From the NCBI GenBank assembly GCA_003599255.1, contig QZJF01000006.1:1018-65017 (forward strand): DNA of 64,000 bases, in the 5' to 3' direction. The notes under the pieces were generated by a model. The model ran no database searches. It was given only the letters and a program-made list of their open reading frames with translations, and was not told where the DNA came from. This stretch comes from a candidate division WWE3 bacterium. Its GTDB lineage: Bacteria; Patescibacteriota; WWE3; UBA101185; UBA10185. Within the stretch, counting starts at the first letter, position 1, and every line of letters begins with the position of its first letter. Below are positions 57,248 through 64,000 of the stretch, piece by piece. A program made the position numbers and the translations under genes.

Positions 57248-58990
57248 CTATAAACTAATGTTAGCGCTGTCATTACTATAAATCTTTCGTATAGTGTCCT
57301 CTAAAGGATGTTTTGACTTGTTTTGTTCATAATGATCCGCAATTTTAAGAGCGTATTCGGGTTTTCCACAGTTGAAGATTTCAATGAAGGCCTTGCTTGT
57401 CTTATTTGGGTGCTTAGCTTTTAATGATTTTATGGTTGCTACAGATACTCCGGATATAATCTCAATGTCTTTATCATCAAATACATCCTCTATCTCACCC
57501 TTAGTATTCACTATAATACTATTGTTTCTTAAATCATTTACTAATTTAGGGATGTCATTTTTTTGATAAGTAATACCCAAAAATGAACACAAGGATTTTA
57601 GTTTTCCTTCTTTGTGAGGTGATTCAACCAAATCCTTATCAGTTATAGCAATATAAGGTATGTCAAAACCTTTCGCAATTTCAATATAATTCATTATGCT
57701 GTCAACTGAGTCCATAGCAATTACACCCACATTTTTTCTGTCTAGGTTACAATTGCGTAAAGAAGAATCACTCTCAGAAGAATAGGTTATTTTATCAAGG
57801 TTATTTAATAAAATCTTTTCAGTAGCTCCCTCAACAAGTACTATACGATCGCTAAAGAAAATATCAGCATTACCGGGATGTATAAATCTTTTATAATGCG
57901 TGCTAGAAAAAGATGAATTCTGCTTGATAACAGTTTTTCCATCCTCTTTACATATACGAACGATCTCGTTTGGTTCAAAGTTTGCAGTTAAAGCTACAGA
58001 ATGCGTTGAGAATATAACCTGTATGTTGTCCTTACTCGAGACATTCTTTATTAGTGATCCTAGATACCGTATTCCATGAGGATGGATAAAGGCTTCGGGC
58101 TCTTCAATACAGAAAATCCTAGCTGTGCAGTTTTTGGATTTCAATGCTAACTCCAAAATACCTAAAATCACTGCATTTTGCGTACCCGTACCCACATGTT
58201 CAATATCAAATTCCTTACTGCCCTCTCTTACAAAAATTATTAAGTTTCTAAGTAATTCAGATGGATTGTTTGATTTAGTAAGTCTAAAGGAAATATCATC
58301 TACATAAGATACAATTTTTGATTGTTCTACTAATTTTGTTTTTTCCGTATCAAATACAATTTGTATTTTATTATTTATGCTTTCTAAGTCCCTTTTTATT
58401 TCCGCGTATGATGGGGAGCTTTCAAGCACCTCTTTCATTAACTGCCCGTAAGGAGTCCAACTTGTTGCTGAAAGTATATCTTGGCTATCTCTGACTGCGG
58501 GAATAAGAAGTAGCTTTATCAAAATCTTTCTGGTTTCCTCTTTCTTTCTAAAAACATTAAACCCCCATAGATTTATATCAAATGTATCTTGAGTTTCCTC
58601 ACTTGTTGCCTCTTCATTGTCAAGCCCAAAGTTTTTTCGTAATAATAGGGTTACCTTAGCAGACCCGTTTGGAATAGAGGCATTTAGAGCCCCTTGCTGA
58701 GCCTTGGTAATTGAGGGTAAGTTAAATAATAAAGATTTATCTGTTTGTTTAATATCCCCCAATGTTACTTGTATTTCTATTGGTTTAGATATATCCCAAT
58801 AATCGTCCTCTGAGAATTTGGCATAGTTGGGTACTTTATCTCCAAGCACAATGTTTAGGGCATTAAATAAGTTACTTTTGCCTGAATTATTTTTTCCTAC
58901 TAGAGCTGTGTGATTGGTAGTAAAAGTTACAGTCTGCCCTTGATCATCAAAACTTCTATAATTCTTAATAGTTAATTCTGTTAATCTCAT
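57248..58990 (-). CDS. OLD-family nuclease with an N-terminal ABC-type ATPase and a C-terminal Toprim (P2 Old-like)
   Basis: 580 aa. The Walker A motif is GKNNSGKSN. The C-terminal Toprim motifs are RIVLVEGATE and …IAITDKD. It lies 12 nt downstream of hsdR on the same strand. Confidence 0.8.
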   Translation of the reverse strand: MRLTELTIKNYRSFDDQGQTVTFTTNHTALVGKNNSGKSNLFNALNIVLGDKVPNYAKFSEDDYWDISKPIEIQVTLGDIKQTDKSLLFNLPSITKAQQGALNASIPNGSAKVTLLLRKNFGLDNEEATSEETQDTFDINLWGFNVFRKKEETRKILIKLLLIPAVRDSQDILSATSWTPYGQLMKEVLESSPSYAEIKRDLESINNKIQIVFDTEKTKLVEQSKIVSYVDDISFRLTKSNNPSELLRNLIIFVREGSKEFDIEHVGTGTQNAVILGILELALKSKNCTARIFCIEEPEAFIHPHGIRYLGSLIKNVSSKDNIQVIFSTHSVALTANFEPNEIVRICKEDGKTVIKQNSSFSSTHYKRFIHPGNADIFFSDRIVLVEGATEKILLNNLDKITYSSESDSSLRNCNLDRKNVGVIAMDSVDSIMNYIEIAKGFDIPYIAITDKDLVESPHKEGKLKSLCSFLGITYQKNDIPKLVNDLRNNSIIVNTKGEIEDVFDDKDIEIISGVSVATIKSLKAKHPNKTSKAFIEIFNCGKPEYALKIADHYEQNKSKHPLEDTIRKIYSNDSANISL

Positions 58991-59002
58991 AAATATATAG
59001 TG

Positions 59003-61318
59003 TTAAACCGAATACAAAACTTTCTGAAAACCCAAGAAAGTATCCCTGATTCTATCAACACCACCTAAAAGACTCACAGCATCAGCAATAGCTTGGTATT
59101 TTAGATTTAGCAATACCGGTAGTTTTTCCTCATCAAGTTCCTCATAACCATTTTCTACATATTTAGACAATACAAATTCAAGAAACTCTTTTTGGTTGAT
59201 ATCTAATCCTAGGAATGCAGTAGATTTACTTGCGTTAGCCCTCTCAAGCCTCTCTAAGGGAGTTATTTCAAAGGATACATATGAAAGAACATCAAATAAA
59301 TCGCTGTTCTCTGCGTTAACAAGTTTTTGTAACGATGTTAACTCGTCTACTCCATAACCGTTGTCTGCTAACTTATCAAGAAAAGCTTTTCTTGTTGTTG
59401 GAACAGACCAAATGCGTCTTAGCTCCTCCTCACTTTTGAAAAATTCAGGCAACTGTCCGTAGATGCTTTGTATGAATTCCTCTGCTGACATTGGTTTACC
59501 ATCTGCGCTCCAAAAGGATGTAGAAACCATGTGCTGTATTTGTCTTTCTTTACCATCTTTGAGCTTAATTCTTATCATTTTTCTAGGCTCTTTAGTTTCA
59601 GTTTCCTCAGGATTTTCATAGTCAACGGTAGTTGTTTCTTTTACCTTTTCAGGTTTTATCGCAGGTGGGTTATATTCATCAATAGGTTCCCCGTCCCATT
59701 CCGGATCTGAAAAAAGTCTGTATGCATCTACAAAATCAACTATGGTAAAGTACTCTTTTCCCTCAAAAAGTCTCGTCCCACGCCCTACAATCTGCTTAAA
59801 CTCAATCATAGAATTGATAGGTCTCATAAGTACAATATTTCGGATATTTCTGGCATCTACTCCGGTAGATAATTTTTGGGATGTAGTAAGGATAGTAGGT
59901 ATGGTTTTTTCGTTATCTTGAAACTCCCTCAGATACTGCTCACCACGTAACCCATCGTTTGCTGTAACACGCACACAATAGTTTGGATCAGAACTATCTT
60001 TTAGCTGGTTGATCAAATCTCTAACCAACAATGCGTGTGCTTGTGAGGCACAAAACACGATAGCCTTTTCTTTTTGTTCAATCTCTTCAAGCAAGACGTT
60101 AACCCTTTTCTTTTCTCGTTCAACTATTTCAATACTTCTGTTGAATTCCGGTTCTGTATAAACCTTGCCTTGTTCCACTTCTCCCTCAACAACCTCATCG
60201 TCAGATGTGTATACATAATCATCTAGGGTAGTTTTTACTCTTTTTACTTTGAAAGGTGTCAAAAACCCATCGTGAATACCTTCCTTTAGTGAGTACGTAT
60301 AAATTGGATCCCCAAAATACCTGTAAGTATCAACATTATCTTTTCTTTTTGGTGTTGCAGTTAAACCTAACTGAACAGCAGGTGAAAAATAATCCATAAT
60401 TCCTCTCCAATTACTTTCGTCATTCGCACCTCCTCTATGGCACTCGTCAATGATAATGAAATCAAAAAAATCATTTGGATAATCGCCATAATAAGGTGTG
60501 TTGTTTGGACCACTCATAAATGTTTGGAAAATTGTAAAAAACACACTTCCGTTAGTAGGAACGTTACCTTTCTTTCTGATATCTAACGGGCTGATACGTA
60601 TCAAGGCATCCTCCGGAAATGCAGAAAAGGCGTTGAATGCCTGATCAGCTAAAATGTTCCTATCTGCAAGAAATAGGATTCTTGGTTGCCTCGCACCATC
60701 TCTATTTAAGTTCCATTTACTTTTAAAAAGCTTCCAAGCAATCTGAAAGGCGATAAAGGTTTTGCCTGTTCCGGTGGCTAAGGTAAGGAGTATCCTTTGC
60801 TTATTCTCCGCTATTGCGTCCGTCGCTTTATTCACAGCGATTTCTTGATAGTAACGTGCACCCATCGCACCGTTTATAGTTTCAAATGGGATGTTGTTAA
60901 ATTTCTCTTTCCATTCATTCTGATCTGAAAAAGTCTTGTTCCAAAGTTCATCCGGGGTAGGATATTTATCAACATATTCCTCCTTTCCGGTTTTCATATT
61001 TATTTGGTAAATCTTCTGACCGTTGGTTGAGTAAGTGTAATCAATGACAAGCTTTTGGGCATATTCTTTAGCTTGGGTAACACCTTCGGTTGCCGTTAAA
61101 TCAAATTGTTTCGCTTCTATTACAGCAAGTTTTCTAGTTTTATAAACTAATATGTAATCTGCAATTTCCGGTTTGGCTCTAGTGCCTCCTACTTGAATTC
61201 TTCCCTCAGTAAATCTATGCTCTCTTAATATTTTTGTATCCTCAACGATTCCCCATCCACTTTCAGTAAGTTTTGGATCTATATATTCTGCTCTTGTTTC
61301 TGATTCATTAAAGGGCAT
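59003..61318 (-). CDS. hsdR: Type I restriction enzyme R subunit
   Basis: The HsdR N-terminal nuclease region is ESETRAEYIDPKL…GW. The helicase motifs are I (LATGTGKT), II (IIIDECHR) and III (LGLTATP). Confidence 0.85.
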   Translation of the reverse strand: MPFNESETRAEYIDPKLTESGWGIVEDTKILREHRFTEGRIQVGGTRAKPEIADYILVYKTRKLAVIEAKQFDLTATEGVTQAKEYAQKLVIDYTYSTNGQKIYQINMKTGKEEYVDKYPTPDELWNKTFSDQNEWKEKFNNIPFETINGAMGARYYQEIAVNKATDAIAENKQRILLTLATGTGKTFIAFQIAWKLFKSKWNLNRDGARQPRILFLADRNILADQAFNAFSAFPEDALIRISPLDIRKKGNVPTNGSVFFTIFQTFMSGPNNTPYYGDYPNDFFDFIIIDECHRGGANDESNWRGIMDYFSPAVQLGLTATPKRKDNVDTYRYFGDPIYTYSLKEGIHDGFLTPFKVKRVKTTLDDYVYTSDDEVVEGEVEQGKVYTEPEFNRSIEIVEREKKRVNVLLEEIEQKEKAIVFCASQAHALLVRDLINQLKDSSDPNYCVRVTANDGLRGEQYLREFQDNEKTIPTILTTSQKLSTGVDARNIRNIVLMRPINSMIEFKQIVGRGTRLFEGKEYFTIVDFVDAYRLFSDPEWDGEPIDEYNPPAIKPEKVKETTTVDYENPEETETKEPRKMIRIKLKDGKERQIQHMVSTSFWSADGKPMSAEEFIQSIYGQLPEFFKSEEELRRIWSVPTTRKAFLDKLADNGYGVDELTSLQKLVNAENSDLFDVLSYVSFEITPLERLERANASKSTAFLGLDINQKEFLEFVLSKYVENGYEELDEEKLPVLLNLKYQAIADAVSLLGGVDRIRDTFLGFQKVLYSV

Positions 61319-62552
61319 CGCTGTATTTTCCTAAAAGGAAATAATTAAAAATTGAGTTTCTAAGGTCACTTATGGTATTAATCTGTTTTTGGTATATAGA
61401 CCCCACCTCAATAGAGACATTTTGAAATGCTTCAAATTTATCTATTAGTTTATTTTGTAATGTGAGCGGTAAAACCGGGACCTTAATATTCCTAACGTTT
61501 TCTTTAGTAATGGTTTGTGTAGTGGCTCCTTTCAACCTGGTTCTAATCTGAGTGTCTCCCTGCGAGGATAGTAAGTAGTAGTACAAATACTTACTTCTAA
61601 TGGTGTTTTCATCAGTCCTTAGAAGGAACAGATTCATCGCTAATGAACAAGGTTTATCAGTCTTGGGCATATAGTAAACTTTGCCTGCGTTACCAATCTT
61701 ACTCATAATTATCTCATTACCAAAAAGTCTACTTTTTTTAAGGAATTCGTAGCTACTTTGATTTATATACCTTAGATCATTTTCAAAATTATTTTCAAAA
61801 TCAGTACTTCTAACCATCCAAGCGTAATCTACCTTCTTAGATAATGATACGTGATCCTTAAGAGTTTTATAACTTCCGTTTGCGTGATAATCACTCAAAT
61901 CGGTTAGTAACTTACCCAAATCTGTCTCTCTTGATACTTTTTGATTTAGTAAAAAGAACTTATCAATGTACGATTGTAAAAATATTTTGCTATCGGTAAA
62001 ACTTTTACTATAATTATTTTTTGCCAAAATTAAATCGTTTTGGATTTTATCAAGTTTTTGAATTATTTCCATTTGAATGCTGATTTGAGGATAAGATATT
62101 GGAAAGTTAAGAATAGCGTCAACCTTTATTGATGTAATACCGGTTGCTCCTCTAGTATTCTCTTTTATTTTATTTTGTATAAATTCAGTCTGGAAATAGT
62201 AGTATATATACTTGTTCAGTACCTCTGTTTCATCGCTTCTAATGATGAGAACAAACGAATCAGGAATTGCGTTAAGATTACTTGTTGGTGGTTCAAATAC
62301 ACCGGAGCGACCCAATGTTCCCACCCCACCACAGTTGAATAAAATATCACCCGGCTTTAAGTATTTATCATTTATATTTAATCGTTTTGCATAAAATAAT
62401 TTGGTTTTTTCATAATTTACCCCTGTAGGAAAAACAGCTCCAGACGGTATAAGCACCGTATCTCCATTTTCACCTTTGATCTTTGGACTAATGCCCTTGA
62501 AAAAAATGATATTTATATCCTTTAATTTTTTTATGTTCCAATTACTTTTCAT
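61308..62552 (-). CDS. hsdS: Type I restriction-modification specificity subunit (two TRDs)
   Basis: 414 aa with two target-recognition-domain halves separated by conserved repeats. It overlaps hsdR by 11 nt and hsdM by 11 nt. Confidence 0.8.
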   Translation of the reverse strand: MKSNWNIKKLKDINIIFFKGISPKIKGENGDTVLIPSGAVFPTGVNYEKTKLFYAKRLNINDKYLKPGDILFNCGGVGTLGRSGVFEPPTSNLNAIPDSFVLIIRSDETEVLNKYIYYYFQTEFIQNKIKENTRGATGITSIKVDAILNFPISYPQISIQMEIIQKLDKIQNDLILAKNNYSKSFTDSKIFLQSYIDKFFLLNQKVSRETDLGKLLTDLSDYHANGSYKTLKDHVSLSKKVDYAWMVRSTDFENNFENDLRYINQSSYEFLKKSRLFGNEIIMSKIGNAGKVYYMPKTDKPCSLAMNLFLLRTDENTIRSKYLYYYLLSSQGDTQIRTRLKGATTQTITKENVRNIKVPVLPLTLQNKLIDKFEAFQNVSIEVGSIYQKQINTISDLRNSIFNYFLLGKYSDAL

Positions 62553-64000
62553 TTAATTTTTCAAGAATATTCTCCAAAATAAGGCGACTTTTCTCATCAA
62601 GTTTTTTCATCTCTAAAACAATATCTTTTGGATCTTTAAAGTCGTGGGATTTGTATTTATTTGGGTTGTTTACTGATAGATCATAGGTTTCTTTGTCAAT
62701 ATCACTAATATTTACTGACCAAGAGTTAGCAGAATCGGCTTTGATACGTTGTAATTGAATAAATTCTTCCAGATCCTTTTCATTTAAAGAACTAGTTTTA
62801 CCGAGATTCCTGCTTAAATTAAGTTGATAAAACCATATATCTTTTGTTGCTAGACCCTTATCAAAAAACAAGATTACTGTTTTTACACCGGCTCCAGCAA
62901 AAACACCGCCAGGTAAATCAAGTATGGTATGTAAACTACAATTTTCTAGCAGGAGTTTCCTCAATGAAATAGATGCATTATCGCCATTTGAAAGAAAAGT
63001 ATTTTTAATCACTATTCCTGCCCTACCCCCGGCTTTAAGTATCTTAATAAAGTGCTGTAAAAAGAGATACGCTGTTTCTCCGGTCTTTATTGGAAAGTTT
63101 TGTTGAATCTCCTTTCGTATACCCGCTCCAAATGGCGGATTGGTGAGCACTATATCGTAGCGATCCTTTTCCTGAATGTCTGATATGTTTTGGGCAAGAG
63201 TATTTGTGTGAATAATATTAGGAGCTTCTATACCGTGTAGGATCATATTCATAATACCGATAATATAAGCGAGAGATTTAATTTCCTTTCCATAAAACGT
63301 TTTCTTTTGAAGTATTTTCCACTCTTTTGGTGAAAGTTTCTCTTTATCCTTTGTCAGGTAATTAAATGATTCAACCAAGAATCCAGCAGAACCTAAGGCA
63401 CCATCATAGATAGTTTGACCCAGCTTGGGATCCACAACCTTTACAATCGTTCGGATAAGAGGTCTTGGTGTGTAGTACTCGCCACCGTTCCTTCCGGCAT
63501 TACCCATATTTTGTAATTTACTTTCATAAAGGTGGGATAGTTCGTGTTTTTCTGCATCAGTTCTGAATTCCAAAGAATCAATGGTATCTAGTATGTTCCT
63601 AAGGGTATATCCGGTTTGGATTTTATTTTTAAGCTCACTAAATATTTCCCCGATCTTATATTCAATGGTATCCGGGCCTTCAGCCGAGTATTTGAACTTT
63701 TTAAGATAAGGAAATAACTCAGAGTCAACAAAGTTTTTCAGATCATCCCCCGACAGAGCTTTTTTGTAGTCTAATTTTCCATCCTGAGTTTTAGGGCAAG
63801 CCCAAGTATCCCATCTATATTTTGGGTCAAGGATATAAGTGTATGTTCTGTTAGCTAGTTTGGCTTCTGTATCTTTGTCTTTTTCAAGATCGTTTAGATA
63901 TTTAAGGAAGAGGATCCAAGATGTCTGTTCAATGTAGTCTAATTCGGTTGCTGACCCGGCATCTCGGTGTAAAGCATCGTCAATATTTTTAAGAGCTTGT
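62542..64000 (-). CDS. hsdM: Type I R-M N6-adenine DNA methyltransferase subunit. It is partial, because the N-terminus lies beyond the window end.
   Basis: It has NPPFG (catalytic motif IV) and GEYYTPR. The reading frame stays open from 63573 to the window edge. The track 'M' at 63573 is an internal TTG. Confidence 0.85.
   Translation of the reverse strand, partial: QALKNIDDALHRDAGSATELDYIEQTSWILFLKYLNDLEKDKDTEAKLANRTYTYILDPKYRWDTWACPKTQDGKLDYKKALSGDDLKNFVDSELFPYLKKFKYSAEGPDTIEYKIGEIFSELKNKIQTGYTLRNILDTIDSLEFRTDAEKHELSHLYESKLQNMGNAGRNGGEYYTPRPLIRTIVKVVDPKLGQTIYDGALGSAGFLVESFNYLTKDKEKLSPKEWKILQKKTFYGKEIKSLAYIIGIMNMILHGIEAPNIIHTNTLAQNISDIQEKDRYDIVLTNPPFGAGIRKEIQQNFPIKTGETAYLFLQHFIKILKAGGRAGIVIKNTFLSNGDNASISLRKLLLENCSLHTILDLPGGVFAGAGVKTVILFFDKGLATKDIWFYQLNLSRNLGKTSSLNEKDLEEFIQLQRIKADSANSWSVNISDIDKETYDLSVNNPNKYKSHDFKDPKDIVLEMKKLDEKSRLILENILEKLNEK

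Noticed and set aside
57248-58990. Calling the OLD-family gene a Gabija system (GajA)
   Set aside because: There is no UvrD/PcrA-like GajB helicase partner adjacent. The flanking genes are hsdR and a protease, so only the generic OLD-family (Class 1-like) call is supported.
62542-63573. Track annotation of hsdM as a 343-aa complete ORF starting at 63573
   Set aside because: The codon at 63571-63573 is an internal TTG. I translated the frame upstream to position 64000 and found no stop, so hsdM is truncated by the window edge rather than complete.
1-64000. CRISPR arrays / cas operon associated with the two Cas4-like genes
   Set aside because: I found no regularly spaced direct repeats anywhere in the window, and no cas1/cas2/effector genes. 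The Cas4-like genes are treated as orphan nucleases.
1-64000. tRNA/rRNA genes and transposases/IS elements
   Set aside because: I scanned the intergenic regions and found no tRNA-like GTTCRANYC T-arm contexts with acceptor stems. I found no rRNA-like sequence and no DDE/serine recombinase ORFs.
1-64000. Alternative genetic code (UGA recoding as in some CPR lineages)
   Set aside because: Long ORFs with conserved motifs terminate normally, and there are no in-frame TGA interruptions inside recognisable domains. Standard code 11 explains the gene structure.

Overview
The window is a gene-dense 64 kb chromosomal segment from a low-GC bacterium, roughly mid-30s % GC by eye, read in the standard genetic code. 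Its gene content resembles a streamlined Patescibacteria/CPR-like genome: many large GT-C-type membrane glycosyltransferase-like proteins, a bacterial Elp3, compact divergent genes and many small membrane proteins. This taxonomic assignment is an inference. I found no rRNA genes, tRNA genes, CRISPR arrays or transposases.

Recognisable housekeeping genes:
- thioredoxin reductase (trxB)
- Fe/Mn superoxide dismutase
- an M16 peptidase
- a DsbB homolog
- methionyl-tRNA synthetase (metG)
- signal peptidase I
- a cyclophilin
- a PQQ-type sugar dehydrogenase
- a cupredoxin

There are two two-component systems. One of them has a sensor kinase split into two overlapping ORFs.

Notable accessory content, in order along the window:
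- Around 8.9-13 kb there is a cluster suggestive of RNA end-healing or modification: a LigT-like 2H phosphoesterase, a Pnk-like P-loop kinase, a HIT hydrolase, a SAM methyltransferase and Elp3.
- Around 31.95-35.36 kb there is a compositionally distinct, visibly GC-richer island bounded by strong hairpins. It encodes an unknown 257-aa protein, two small membrane proteins, a TPM-domain protein and a LemA protein. Two of these proteins carry an identical 14-residue Gly/Arg C-terminal tail written with almost entirely different codons.
- There are two orphan Cas4-like PD-(D/E)XK Fe-S nucleases with no CRISPR array nearby. One sits directly downstream of a two-component system, the other at the edge of the GC island.
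- There is an ArsR - DUF302::glutaredoxin operon with a palindromic operator.
- There is a small RHH (ribbon-helix-helix) regulator with stacked perfect palindromes upstream.
- At the 3' end there is a defense locus on the minus strand: hsdM (running off the window) - hsdS - hsdR with 11-nt overlaps, followed 12 nt later by a P2 Old-like OLD-family ATPase/Toprim nuclease.

Start codons are approximate in several places, because the ORF track includes TTG/GTG starts and neighbouring genes overlap.
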